Source: a bacterium (GTDB lineage: Bacteria; Patescibacteriota; Minisyncoccia; UBA6257; Colwellbacteraceae). From it: a stretch of 46,854 nucleotides of DNA. The notes below the pieces were generated by a model that saw nothing but the letters and a program-made list of their open reading frames with translations, was not told where the DNA came from and searched no databases. Positions 17,957 through 26,922 of the stretch are shown piece by piece. Both the position numbers and the translations under genes were made by a program. The DNA lies in NCBI GenBank assembly GCA_029548485.1, contig JAKPNH010000011.1, positions 1 to 46,854 on the forward strand, read 5' to 3'. Each line of letters opens with the position of its first letter. Within the stretch, counting starts at the first letter, position 1.

Positions 17957-18478
17957 TTATATGGATTTCCTTCTAAAGACGCGCCTCACGAGCCCGCCTT
18001 TGTCTTTCGGCTCTTCGAGACCTGTGGTTTTCTCTTCCAACTCGACTTTCGGCTTTTCGGATTTCGGTTTCTTTTCGGTTCTCGGTTTTTTCGACGTTTC
18101 TTTGGAAGTTTTTTCCGGAAAAACGAATTTCGAAGCTTTGACTTTTTCGGATTCTTCAAGCTTCAAGAAAATATGGGAGCGCTTTTTCTGGATGGGCGTC
18201 GCCCGGCCTTGGGCCCGCGGAAGCCAACGCTTCAGCATCGGTCCTCCGTCAACCCGTATTTCCTTGATAACGAGTTTCTCCGGTTTGAATCCCAGATTCT
18301 TGGCGTTCGCGATGGCCGAATCCAAAAGTTTCAACATCGGTCCGGCGGCCCGTTCGCGGCGAAGGGAGAGTTCCGCCTTGGCCTCAAAGGCCGACCTATT
18401 CCGCATCAGGCCGGCGATGGCCCTCGCTTTGCGCGGAGCCACGTCCAGATTCATCAGTTTTGCCTTTATCTCTTGCAT
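17957..18478 (-). CDS. rplV: 50S protein uL22 with a long charged C-terminal extension
   Basis: APRKAR, SAIANA and PRAQGRA motifs, then a Lys/Glu-rich tail ending RRVFRRKSI. Confidence 0.95.
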   Translation of the reverse strand: MQEIKAKLMNLDVAPRKARAIAGLMRNRSAFEAKAELSLRRERAAGPMLKLLDSAIANAKNLGFKPEKLVIKEIRVDGGPMLKRWLPRAQGRATPIQKKRSHIFLKLEESEKVKASKFVFPEKTSKETSKKPRTEKKPKSEKPKVELEEKTTGLEEPKDKGGLVRRVFRRKSI

Positions 18479-18483
18479 GTTGC

Positions 18484-18810
18484 TTATTTGCTGGTTTTAT
18501 CCGCCGGAGCCGGAGCAACCGGAGCTCCCACGCCCTTTTCCAATTCTTTCTGCATTTTTCCGCCGTGGCGGATGAACTTGCGGGTCGTGGCGAATTCTCC
18601 GAACTTGTGCCCGACCATTTCTTCGGTCACCCTCACTTCGATGAAATCTTTTCCGTTGTGGACGCCGAAAACGAATCCGACCATTTCCGGAGCGACCGAA
18701 CTATGTCGCGCCCACGTTTTAATGACCGTTTTGTCTCCGGGCTTCAAACCCGCGATCTTTTTCAAAAGGCTCGCTTCGACGTATGGACCTTTGCGGCTGC
18801 TTCTAGACAT
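18484..18810 (-). CDS. rpsS: 30S protein uS19
   Basis: [11 protein letters not shown] and [10 protein letters not shown] motifs. Confidence 0.96.
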   Translation of the reverse strand: MSRSSRKGPYVEASLLKKIAGLKPGDKTVIKTWARHSSVAPEMVGFVFGVHNGKDFIEVRVTEEMVGHKFGEFATTRKFIRHGGKMQKELEKGVGAPVAPAPADKTSK

Positions 18811-18814
18811 AGTT

Positions 18815-19654
18815 TTATTTCTTTTTCTTCGGCCTTCGTTTGGTTATCAAAACGTTCGACCATTTTTTCTGGTTTCTGGTTTTTCTGCCTCCGGTGATCT
18901 TGCCCCATTTGGTTTTCGGTTTCTTGGTGCCTCGGGGCTGCCTGCCTTCGCCGCCGCCGTAAGGATGGTCAACCGGATTCATGGCTGTTCCCCTTACCGT
19001 CGGCCTGATCCCCATGCCGCGGGTGCGGCCGGCTTTGCCGATGTTGACCAAACTCCAATCGGCGTTGGAAACCTGGCCCAAAGTGGCGAAATTGCTCCAA
19101 ATGACCTTGCGGATTTCTCCGGAAGGCATCTTGAGCTGGGTGTATCCGGCGTCGTGCCCCAAAACTTCGGCCGACGAACCGGCAGAACGGACGATCTGTC
19201 CGCCCTTGCCCGGATTCAACTCGATGTTGAAAACGGCGTATCCGACCGGGATGTTCTTGAGCATCAATCTGTTTCCGGGGACGAGCTCCGCGTTTTCCGC
19301 GGTGATGATCGTCGAACCCGTTTTCGCTCCTTGGGGCGCGATCGAATAGCGCTTGGTTCCGTCTTTGTAGACGAGCTTCATGATGAAAGCCGTGCGGTAA
19401 GGATCGTATTCCAGTGATTCGATTCTCGCCGGTACGTTCAGCTTGTCGTTGCGGCGGAAATCGATGATCCGGTAAGTCCGCTTGTTGCCGGCTCCCTGGT
19501 GCCTCATGGTGATGCGGCCCCGGTTGTTGCGGCCGGCCCTATCCTGGAGTTTCATCGTCAATTTCTTTTCCGGCTTCACCCCGCTCAAAACCAAGCGGTA
19601 ATCTGGCGCCGTCATGTGCCTTCTCGATGGAGTTGTCGGATTATACTTTTTCAT
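18815..19654 (-). CDS. rplB: 50S protein uL2
   Basis: [15 protein letters not shown] and [21 protein letters not shown] motifs. Confidence 0.98.
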   Translation of the reverse strand: MKKYNPTTPSRRHMTAPDYRLVLSGVKPEKKLTMKLQDRAGRNNRGRITMRHQGAGNKRTYRIIDFRRNDKLNVPARIESLEYDPYRTAFIMKLVYKDGTKRYSIAPQGAKTGSTIITAENAELVPGNRLMLKNIPVGYAVFNIELNPGKGGQIVRSAGSSAEVLGHDAGYTQLKMPSGEIRKVIWSNFATLGQVSNADWSLVNIGKAGRTRGMGIRPTVRGTAMNPVDHPYGGGEGRQPRGTKKPKTKWGKITGGRKTRNQKKWSNVLITKRRPKKKK

Positions 19655-19913
19655 TGATGGTTTGTCCCTTCTTCAAAGTGACGACGGCTTTTTTCAGATT
19701 CTTTTTGGCGATCCGGGTGATATTCATGGCGACGACGTTCACCTTGTATTTTTTCTCGATCTGCTTCCTGACTTCGCTTTTATTCAAGGTGTTCTTGATT
19801 ATGAAAACAAACTGGTTGAATCCGCCGAGCCTCCCGGTCTTTTCGCTAAGATAAAACCGGATATCGGCCTTCTCTTTGACGTCTTTGGCTTTTTTTTCCT
19901 TATTTGACGGCAT
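19641..19913 (-). CDS. rplW: 50S protein uL23, divergent, lacking the beta-hairpin tunnel loop
   Basis: LSEK, NKSEVRKQIE..YKVNV and KKAVVTL motifs. Lies between rplD and rplB. Confidence 0.88.
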   Translation of the reverse strand: MPSNKEKKAKDVKEKADIRFYLSEKTGRLGGFNQFVFIIKNTLNKSEVRKQIEKKYKVNVVAMNITRIAKKNLKKAVVTLKKGQTINEKV

Positions 19914-20538
19914 GGTAGTGCGAATCTATCGCGGCGATCGCGTTTTTTTCTATGAAAATTTCCTTGAATTTCATGAGATCGTAAACGTTCAAGTCTTTCG
20001 GCCCGATGCTTTTCACTTTCGAGAGGTTGGCCGAAGCCCGATGGACGTTTTTGTTGCCGATCTCCGGAATCAAAAGCGCGTTCGGCGCCTTCTTTCCGAA
20101 AAAACTCTGAAGCGTGGAATATAAAATTTTGGTTTTCGGTTCGTTGATAGACAAGGAATCGATGAATTTCACCTCCTTGTCTTCCAGTTTCTTCGAAAGC
20201 ACGCTCATGATGGCCGCCTGCCTCATTTTCTGGTTCAACTTGACCGAATAATCCCTTTCCTTTTTGGGTCCGTGGGCGACGCCGCCGCCTTTCCAAATCG
20301 GGGATCTGGTCGATCCGTGCCTGGCGCGGCCCGTGCCTTTTTGACGCCACGGCTTTTTGCCGCCTCCAGAAACTTCGCCGCGGCCCTTGGCGTGAGCAAA
20401 AGGCTGCCGGCTGTTTTTCTCTTGGCTGTCCAAAGCCTGCTTCACCAGATCCGGTTTCCACGGGTAGCCAAAGATCCGATCGGGTATTTCCACCTGATCG
20501 ATCACTTCCATTTTGGCGTTGTAGAGATCGGCTTTCAT
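19900..20538 (-). CDS. rplD: 50S protein uL4
   Basis: RGEVSGGGKKPWRQKGTGRARHGS motif. Confidence 0.97.
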   Translation of the reverse strand: MKADLYNAKMEVIDQVEIPDRIFGYPWKPDLVKQALDSQEKNSRQPFAHAKGRGEVSGGGKKPWRQKGTGRARHGSTRSPIWKGGGVAHGPKKERDYSVKLNQKMRQAAIMSVLSKKLEDKEVKFIDSLSINEPKTKILYSTLQSFFGKKAPNALLIPEIGNKNVHRASANLSKVKSIGPKDLNVYDLMKFKEIFIEKNAIAAIDSHYHAVK

Positions 20539-20539
20539 T

Positions 20540-20962
20540 TTAGAGATAGATCTTGATTTTGCTTCCGCTCGCTCCCGGAATGGCTCCTTTCAAAGCCATG
20601 GTTTTCGCTTCGCTGTTCCAGGCGATCACTTTGACGTTCTTCACGGTTTTCCTGTCGACGCCCATGTGTCCGGCCATTTTATGGCCTTTCAAAACTCTCT
20701 GCGGAGCGGTGGCGCCGATCGAACCAGGAGCGCGGAGCCGGTCTTTCTGACCGTGCGTTTTCGGTCCGCCGTGGAAACCCCAGCGCTTGACTCCTCCCTG
20801 GAACCCGCGGCCCTTGGTGGTGCCGACGATCTTCACGGAAGCGTTTTCCGCGATTTCCGTGTTCTCCGGCACGTCCAAAACCGCCACCAAAGTGACCGGG
20901 ATCACCCTGTCTTCCTTGAAGATCTGGCTCATTTTGATTTTTTTCGCGGTAATGTAGGCCAT
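20540..20962 (-). CDS. rplC: 50S protein uL3 with a large internal deletion (140 aa)
   Basis: IPVT, GTTKGRGFQGGVKRWGF, RAPGSIG, KMAGHMG and KGAIPG motifs. Confidence 0.93.
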   Translation of the reverse strand: MAYITAKKIKMSQIFKEDRVIPVTLVAVLDVPENTEIAENASVKIVGTTKGRGFQGGVKRWGFHGGPKTHGQKDRLRAPGSIGATAPQRVLKGHKMAGHMGVDRKTVKNVKVIAWNSEAKTMALKGAIPGASGSKIKIYL

Positions 20963-20976
20963 TTGTTTAACGCCCT

Positions 20977-21007
20977 AAAAAATAACCGAGGAAGCCTCGG
21001 TTATTTT
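20977..21007 (-). terminator. Terminator-like hairpin between rpsJ and rplC
   Basis: 13-bp inverted repeat AAAATAACCGAGG / CCTCGGTTATTTT, ending in U6 on the minus strand. Confidence 0.65.
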
Positions 21008-21040
21008 GTGGGATTTCTATTGGCTATCCTCTATCCTATA

Positions 21041-21346
21041 CTACACTGTTTTTATTTCTATGTCCACCCCTGCGGGCAGATTCAAGTCGGATAGGGATTC
21101 GATCAACTTCTGCGTCGGATTAAGAATGTCGATCAGCCTCTTGTGAATCCTCATCTCGAACTGCTCGCGAGCGTTCTTGTGAACGAAAGTCGAGCGATTG
21201 ACCGTGTATTTCTTGAACTCGGTCGGAAGCGGCATCGGACCGACGATTTTGGTGTCCATTCGTTCCAGGACTTCCATGATCTGCTTGCAGGAATTGTCCA
21301 CCAGCTTCTGATCGTACGATTTGATTCTTAATCTGAGCTTTTCCAC
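21041..21346 (-). CDS. rpsJ: 30S protein uS10 (GTG start)
   Basis: RIKSYD, GPMPLPT and REQFEMRIHKRLIDI motifs. Confidence 0.97.
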   Translation of the reverse strand: MEKLRLRIKSYDQKLVDNSCKQIMEVLERMDTKIVGPMPLPTEFKKYTVNRSTFVHKNAREQFEMRIHKRLIDILNPTQKLIESLSDLNLPAGVDIEIKTV

Positions 21347-21361
21347 GTTAGAATAGCGATT

Positions 21362-22561
21362 TTATTTGACGATTTTGGAGATGACTCCGGCGCCAACGGT
21401 CTTTCCTCCTTCGCGGATGGCGAAATGCTGCTTTTCTTCGAGAGCGATCGGAGCGAGAAGCTTGATCGTCACGTTGACCGTGTCTCCGGGCATGGCCATT
21501 TCCATTCCTTGCGGCAGGATCATTTCACCGGTGACGTCCGTGGTCCTCATGTAGAACTGCGGCTTGTATCCGGGGAAGATCGGGGTGTGCCGTCCGCCTT
21601 CTTCTTTGGTCAAAAGATAAACTTCGGCCTCGAAGTCGGTGTGCGGCGTGACCGATCCGGGTTTGGCGATGATCTGTCCGCGCTCCACGTCCTCCTTCTT
21701 GATGCCGCGGATCAAAACACCGACATTGTCTCCGGCTTGCCCTTCGTCCAAGGTCTTGTTGAACATCTCGATTCCGGTGACCACGGTTTTCATGGTCGGT
21801 TTCAAGCCGATGAGTTCCACTTCGTCGTTCACGTGGACCGCGCCTCTCTCGATGCGGCCGGTGACGACGGTGCCGCGGCCTTCGATCGTAAAGATGTCTT
21901 CGATCGGCATCAGGAACGGCTTATCCGTTTCCCTTTTCGGTTCCGGAATATAGGAGTCCAAAGCGTCCACCAATTCCAAGATCGGTTTGACCGCCGGATC
22001 GTCGAGCGAGCTCGCCTCGAGCGCCTTCAGGGCCGAACCTTTGATGATCGGCGCTTCGTCGCCCTTGTAGCTGTATTTGGAAAGAAGTTCCCTCACTTCG
22101 GCTTCGACAAGCGCCACCAGTTCCGGGTCGTCCACCATGTCGACTTTGTTGAGGAAAACCACCATGGCCGGAACTCCGACCTGATGGGCGAGCAGGATGT
22201 GCTCTCTGGTCTGGGGCATCGGGCCGTCGGCGGCGGAAACGACGAGAATCGCTCCGTCCATCTGGGCGGCGCCGGTGATCATGTTCTTGATGTAGTCCGC
22301 GTGTCCCGGAGCGTCGATGTGGGCGTAATGCCTCTTCTCCGACTCGTACTCCGAGTGGTGCAGGGCGATGGTGATACCGCGCGCCTTTTCTTCCGGCGCC
22401 TTGTCGATATTGTCGACTTTCTCTTCTTTCTTCGCTAAACCTTTGAGGTAAAGAACGTGGGTAATAGCCGCCGTCAAAGTGGTCTTGCCGTGGTCGACGT
22501 GACCGATGGTGCCGACGTTGACGTGCGGTTTAGTTCTTGAAAATTTCTCTTTTTCGGCCAT
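21362..22561 (-). CDS. tuf: Elongation factor Tu
   Basis: [22 protein letters not shown] and NKVD motifs. Confidence 0.99.
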   Translation of the reverse strand: MAEKEKFSRTKPHVNVGTIGHVDHGKTTLTAAITHVLYLKGLAKKEEKVDNIDKAPEEKARGITIALHHSEYESEKRHYAHIDAPGHADYIKNMITGAAQMDGAILVVSAADGPMPQTREHILLAHQVGVPAMVVFLNKVDMVDDPELVALVEAEVRELLSKYSYKGDEAPIIKGSALKALEASSLDDPAVKPILELVDALDSYIPEPKRETDKPFLMPIEDIFTIEGRGTVVTGRIERGAVHVNDEVELIGLKPTMKTVVTGIEMFNKTLDEGQAGDNVGVLIRGIKKEDVERGQIIAKPGSVTPHTDFEAEVYLLTKEEGGRHTPIFPGYKPQFYMRTTDVTGEMILPQGMEMAMPGDTVNVTIKLLAPIALEEKQHFAIREGGKTVGAGVISKIVK

Positions 22562-22601
22562 TTTTGAATTTAATTATTTTTTATGACTTTGCGACCTTAA
22601 A

Positions 22602-22631
22602 ATATTACTGATTGATGGGGGTATTTGTCAA
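22602..22631 (-). promoter_or_regulatory. Internal tuf promoter TTGACA-N18-TAATAT
   Basis: Located in the fusA-tuf intergenic region and followed by an AU-rich leader with no SD sequence. Confidence 0.6.
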
Positions 22632-22659
22632 GGTTTTTTCTGGGTTTTTGGAGTTCCGG

Positions 22660-24762
22660 CTATTTCTTCCCGGAAATGATCGCCTCTTCCAGATTCTTCG
22701 GAACGACATCGTAGTGATCGAATTCCATGGTGAACGCCCCTCTTCCCTGGGTCATCGACCTCAATTTGGTGGCGTAACCGAACATTTCCGAGAGCGGAAC
22801 CATGGCATCGACCACTTTGGTGTTGGCCCGGTCGTTCATCGCTTCGATCTTTCCCCTTTTCGAGGAAAGGTCTCCCGTGATGTCTCCCAAAAATTCCGAA
22901 GGAATGATCACCTGGATTTTCATCACCGGCTCCAGAATCACCGGCTTGGCTTTTTTGGCGCCCTCCTGCAAAGCCATGGAAGCGGCGATCTTGAAAGCGG
23001 CTTCGGACGAGTCGACTTCGTGGAAAGAGCCGTCGTAAAGGGTCACTTCGAGGTCGGTCAGCTGATAGCCGGCGATGACGCCCCGATCGAGCGCTTCGCG
23101 GACGCCTTTTTCGACGGCCGGAATGAATTCGCGGGGAATGGCTCCTCCCTTGATGGCGTCGACGAAAGTGAATCCGTCTCCGCGATCCTTGGAATTGACC
23201 TTGAGCCAGACGTGTCCGTACTGGCCGCGGCCGCCGGACTGCCTCACGTATTTGCCTTCGGCCTCGGCCGTTCCCAAAACGGTTTCTTTATAGGCGACTT
23301 GCGGCCGGCCGACGTCGGCTTCGACCGAGAATTCGCGCCGCATCCTTTCTACCAAAACTTCGAGGTGGAGTTCGCCCATTCCGGCGATGATCGTCTCTCC
23401 GGTTTCGGGATCTCCGGAAACCCTGAAAGTCGGGTCTTCCTCGGCCAGGCGATGAAGGGCCATGCCCATTTTCTCCTGGTCGGCTTTGGTTTTCGGAGAA
23501 ACCCTCTGTTCAATGACCGGCTGCGGAAAAGTGATTTTTTCCAAAATGATCGGCTTTTCCGGATCGCAAAGCGAATCACCGGTCGTCGTGTTTTTGAGTC
23601 CGACCAGGGCGCCGATTTCTCCGGCGTAGATTTCATCCACTTCTTCCCTGTCGTTCGCGTGCATCCGCAAAATGCGGCCGATTCTCTCCTGGTTGTTTTT
23701 GGTGGAATTCAGAATGTAGCTTCCCCGGCTAAGCTTACCGCTGTAGACGCGGAAATAGGTGAGGCTTCCGACAAAAGGATCGGTGGCGATCTTGAAAGCC
23801 AAAGCCGTGAAAGGCTCGTCGTCGCTCGGCCGGCGTTCGATCTCTTCGTTGGTTTTCGGGTCGTGGCCTTTGACCGGAGGAAGGTCGGTCGGCGACGGCA
23901 AATAGTCGATAACCGCGTCGAGCACCAATTGGACGCCCTTATTCTTCAAGGCCGAACCGCAGACGACCGGAACGATCTTCAAAGAAAGGACCGCTTTTCT
24001 CAAAACCCTCCGCAGATCTTCGAGGCCGATTTCCTTTCCTTCGAGATAGTCGGACATCAGCTTGTCGTCGTTCTCGACGATCTTTTCTAGAAGCGTTTGC
24101 CTGGCCGCTTTGGCGGCTTCGATCATATTCTCGGGAATGGAAATCTCCGTCACCTTTTCTCCGTGCTCGCCTTCGAAATCAAAGGCTTTCATCTGCAGAA
24201 GGTCGATCACGCCCTTGAAGTCGCTTTCGGCGCCGATCGGCAGCTGGATCGGTACGGCGTTCAAAGTGAGCCTTTCGTGGATGGATTTCAAAACAAAATC
24301 GAAGCTCGCGCCCATGCGGTCCATCTTGTTGATGAAACAGATGCGGGGAACCCCGTATTCGTCGGCGTAGTGCCAGTTGGTCTCGGACTGCGGCTCCACT
24401 CCGGAAACGCCGTCGAAAACGACCACGGCGCCGTCCAGAACGCGGAGCGAACGCTTAACTTCGACCGTGAAATCGATATGTCCCGGGGTGTCGATCAGGT
24501 TGATCCGGTGCTCGAAAGCCTTGTCGCCTTTTCTGTAAGTCGGAATCCAAAAACAGGTGGTCGCGGCCGAAGTGATGGTGATGCCCCGCTCGCGCTCCTG
24601 GTCCATCCAGTCCATGATCGCCTGGCCCTCGTGGACTTCGCCGAGCTTGTGGGAAATGCCGGTATAAAAAAGGATCCTCTCCGAAACCGTGGTTTTTCCG
24701 GCGTCGATGTGGGCGATGATGCCGATGTCGCGGTTCTTCTCGATTGGATAGAGTCTAGCCAT
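22660..24762 (-). CDS. fusA: Elongation factor G
   Basis: [27 protein letters not shown] and GMGELHL motifs. Confidence 0.99.
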   Translation of the reverse strand: MARLYPIEKNRDIGIIAHIDAGKTTVSERILFYTGISHKLGEVHEGQAIMDWMDQERERGITITSAATTCFWIPTYRKGDKAFEHRINLIDTPGHIDFTVEVKRSLRVLDGAVVVFDGVSGVEPQSETNWHYADEYGVPRICFINKMDRMGASFDFVLKSIHERLTLNAVPIQLPIGAESDFKGVIDLLQMKAFDFEGEHGEKVTEISIPENMIEAAKAARQTLLEKIVENDDKLMSDYLEGKEIGLEDLRRVLRKAVLSLKIVPVVCGSALKNKGVQLVLDAVIDYLPSPTDLPPVKGHDPKTNEEIERRPSDDEPFTALAFKIATDPFVGSLTYFRVYSGKLSRGSYILNSTKNNQERIGRILRMHANDREEVDEIYAGEIGALVGLKNTTTGDSLCDPEKPIILEKITFPQPVIEQRVSPKTKADQEKMGMALHRLAEEDPTFRVSGDPETGETIIAGMGELHLEVLVERMRREFSVEADVGRPQVAYKETVLGTAEAEGKYVRQSGGRGQYGHVWLKVNSKDRGDGFTFVDAIKGGAIPREFIPAVEKGVREALDRGVIAGYQLTDLEVTLYDGSFHEVDSSEAAFKIAASMALQEGAKKAKPVILEPVMKIQVIIPSEFLGDITGDLSSKRGKIEAMNDRANTKVVDAMVPLSEMFGYATKLRSMTQGRGAFTMEFDHYDVVPKNLEEAIISGKK

Positions 24763-24786
24763 GAAGGTGGAAAATGGTTGTCAAGG

Positions 24787-25251
24787 TTATCTCGCGAAAT
24801 GCGCGAAAGCCCGGTTGGCTTCGGCCATTCGGTGAATGTCCAATTTTTTCTTGATGGCCGCCCCTTCGTTCTTGGAGGCGGCGATGATTTCTTCGGCCAA
24901 GCGCTCGGCGATCGGCTTACCCTTCTTTGATCTCGCGGCATCGATGATCCATTTGCAAGCCAGCATGAATTTCCTTTCCTCGCGGACTTCGCGCGGCACC
25001 TGATAGTTGGCGCCGCCGACTCTCTTGGAAGCGACCTCCAAAAGCGGCGAAGCGTTTTCCAAAGCCTTCGAAAAAACCGCCATCGGATCCGGATTCTCCT
25101 TGGCGACGATATCCATGGCGTCGTAAAAATTCTTCTCGGCGACGGACTTCTTTCCGTCGTACATCAGATAATTGATGAACCGGCTGACGGCGATGTCGCC
25201 GTACTTTACGTCCGGTTTTCTTTCCCTTTTATAGTTTCTCTTTTTTCTCAT
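24787..25251 (-). CDS. rpsG: 30S protein uS7
   Basis: RVGGANYQVP and HRMAEANRAFAH motifs. Confidence 0.98.
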   Translation of the reverse strand: MRKKRNYKRERKPDVKYGDIAVSRFINYLMYDGKKSVAEKNFYDAMDIVAKENPDPMAVFSKALENASPLLEVASKRVGGANYQVPREVREERKFMLACKWIIDAARSKKGKPIAERLAEEIIAASKNEGAAIKKKLDIHRMAEANRAFAHFAR

Positions 25252-25260
25252 TGTTCAAAA

Positions 25261-25674
25261 TTACGCGGCTTTCGGCTTCTTGGCGCCGTATTTGCTCCTT
25301 TGCTGTTTTCTTTGCACGCCGGCGGTATCGAGCCTGCCCCGGACAATGTGGTATCTCACTCCCGGGAGGTCTTTGACGCGGCCGCCGCGGATCATCACCA
25401 CCGAGTGCTCCTGCAAATTATGCCCTTCGCCGGGAATATAGGCGGTCACTTCCATGCCGTTCGTAAGCCTGACCCTCGCCACTTTGCGCAAAGCGGAATT
25501 CGGTTTTTTCGGGGTAACCGTGGAAACCTTCAAACACACTCCCCGCTTGAAAGGAGAATTGGAATAGACCGGCTTGTTTTGGAGCACGTTCATATAACGC
25601 CCCAAAGCCGGGGTTTTGTCTTTTTTCAAAGCAGTCTTCCTGCCTTTTTTCAAAAGTTGTGGAATTGTCGGCAC
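25261..25674 (-). CDS. rpsL: 30S protein uS12 (GTG start)
   Basis: [11 protein letters not shown] and [12 protein letters not shown] motifs. Confidence 0.98.
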   Translation of the reverse strand: MPTIPQLLKKGRKTALKKDKTPALGRYMNVLQNKPVYSNSPFKRGVCLKVSTVTPKKPNSALRKVARVRLTNGMEVTAYIPGEGHNLQEHSVVMIRGGRVKDLPGVRYHIVRGRLDTAGVQRKQQRSKYGAKKPKAA

Positions 25675-25681
25675 GACACCT

Positions 25682-25710
25682 AATATACCAAGCTGTTGAG
25701 TTTAAGTCAA
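25682..25710 (-). promoter_or_regulatory. str operon promoter TTGACT-N17-TATATT, 7 nt before the rpsL GTG
   Basis: The minus strand reads TTGACT TAAACTCAACAGCTTGG TATATT AGGTGTC GTG. Confidence 0.75.
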
Positions 25711-25736
25711 TAATATCGAGGCTTTTTCCGGTCCGT

Positions 25737-26330
25737 TCAATACCCCTGGCCGGTGAACAATCTGAAAATCAAACTTCCCGCGACCGGCAAAAAAGCCTGG
25801 GCCACCAGAAGGGCGATCAGGATCCCCCAAGCCCCGAGCCTCATCATGCCTGCCCAGGCCCGCGGGAAAAGCTCGTGGAATATTTTCGAGCCGTCGAGCG
25901 GCGGAAACGGCAGGAGATTGAACAAACCCAGGGAAATATTGACGATCACCACTTCTTCGAAAAGCATGACGGCGACCGGAGAAAAATATCCCGCTCCAAA
26001 ACGGACGAACAATCCGAAAACGGCCGCGAGAAGCATGTTGGCGGCGATGCCGGCGACGCTCACTTTGAGAACGCCGTTCTTTTGGTCTTTGAACAAAAAC
26101 GGATTCACCGGCACCGGCTTGGCCCAGCCGATGAAAGAACCGAAAAAGAACAAAGACACAAGCGGCACGATCACCGTTCCCGTCAAATCGAGGTGCGGAA
26201 CGGGATTTAAAGTCAGCCGGCCGGAATCCCGGGCGGTCGGGTCGCCCAACTCGAGCGCCATGAGGCCGTGGCTGTATTCGTGGAAAACAGCGGAAAGAAT
26301 GATGATGACGTATAAGACGAGGATATCCAT
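25737..26330 (-). CDS. Site-2 protease family (M50) membrane metalloprotease
   Basis: HEYSH, GRLTLNP, GWAKPVP and NLLPFPPLDGS motifs. Confidence 0.92.
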   Translation of the reverse strand: MDILVLYVIIILSAVFHEYSHGLMALELGDPTARDSGRLTLNPVPHLDLTGTVIVPLVSLFFFGSFIGWAKPVPVNPFLFKDQKNGVLKVSVAGIAANMLLAAVFGLFVRFGAGYFSPVAVMLFEEVVIVNISLGLFNLLPFPPLDGSKIFHELFPRAWAGMMRLGAWGILIALLVAQAFLPVAGSLIFRLFTGQGY

Positions 26331-26345
26331 AAGGATTAAAGATGC

Positions 26346-26374
26346 TTTACATTATAAACGTTTTTGGCTAATAT
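26346..26374 (+). promoter_or_regulatory. rpmB promoter TTTACA-N17-TAATAT, 7 nt before ATG 26382
   Basis: Read directly from the sequence. It overlaps a divergent TATAAT (minus strand, 26351-26356) for the M50 gene. Confidence 0.6.
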
Positions 26375-26381
26375 TTACACC

Positions 26382-26570
26382 ATGCGACAGTGCGCGATTT
26401 GCGGCAAAGGATCGATTCTCCGCTCTTCCAGGAACAAGCTCCGCGGCAAATACAATCCGACTCCGCTCAAAAGAAAATATCCGAATCTTCAATACACCCG
26501 AGACTCGAACGGTAAACGGGTTTTGGCTTGCGCCAAATGCATCAAAGCCCAGGCCAAGAAAACAAAATAG
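26382..26570 (+). CDS. rpmB: 50S protein bL28 (start reassigned to ATG 26382)
   Basis: MRQCAICGKG...KRKYPNLQ...CAKCIK. Confidence 0.9.
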   Translation: MRQCAICGKGSILRSSRNKLRGKYNPTPLKRKYPNLQYTRDSNGKRVLACAKCIKAQAKKTK

Positions 26571-26578
26571 AAACCGAT

Positions 26579-26606
26579 AAAAGTCCCGCAGCTAGCGGGA
26601 CTTTTT
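26579..26606. terminator. Bidirectional intrinsic terminator between rpmB and tRNA-Pro
   Basis: AAAAGTCCCGC-AGCTA-GCGGGACTTTTT. Confidence 0.85.
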
Positions 26607-26609
26607 GTG

Positions 26610-26680
26610 TCGGGCTGCCGAGAATCGAACTCGGTCTACATGCACCCCATGCATGCGTACTACCGGTATACTACAGCCCG
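26610..26680 (-). tRNA. tRNA-Pro(GGG), CCA not encoded
   Basis: Acceptor stem CGGGCTG/CAGCCCG, anticodon arm CATGC-AT GGG GT-GCATG, T-loop TTCGATT. Confidence 0.95.
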
Positions 26681-26728
26681 GGAGAATGACGCCTTAATTT
26701 TTACCACAGTCCCGAATCAAAAACAAAA

Positions 26729-26851
26729 ATCCCTCTCCTATTGATTACCCGGCCGAAGCCAAGGTGGGAATCCTCAATTCCTGCCCACGGGCGAGAATGC
26801 TGTCGGTTTCCCCCAAAAATATCTTTGATCCGGAATCATAAGGAGAGGGAT
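26729..26851 (-). ncRNA. Structured ~123-nt RNA, candidate miniaturised 6S RNA
   Basis: 11-bp perfect terminal helix, central asymmetric bubble with a C-UUCG-G hairpin on its 3' side, and an irregular apical stem. Has its own TGG-TATAAT promoter and a U-rich 3' tail. Confidence 0.7.
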
Positions 26852-26858
26852 CGATCTG

Positions 26859-26867
26859 ATTATACCA
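26859..26867 (-). promoter_or_regulatory. Extended -10 (TGG-TATAAT) for the ncRNA
   Basis: TATAAT ends 7 nt before the first base of the terminal helix. Confidence 0.75.
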
Positions 26868-26922
26868 TCCGAGATTCCGGTTCAAGATTCCCTTCCAAAA
26901 CCGTTTTGTGGATAAGCCGGTT

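Noticed and set aside
17375..19417. 680-aa plus-strand ORF across rpsC-rplB
   Set aside because: Antisense to universally conserved ribosomal protein genes, with composition mirroring the sense codons.
26729..26851. Alternative identities for the ncRNA: SRP RNA, tmRNA, RNase P RNA, riboswitch or simple terminator
   Set aside because: No SRP domain IV motif with GNRA loop, no tRNA-like ends, and no GAGGAAAGUCC. There is no downstream CDS to regulate, and the long-range terminal pairing with a dedicated promoter exceeds a terminator.
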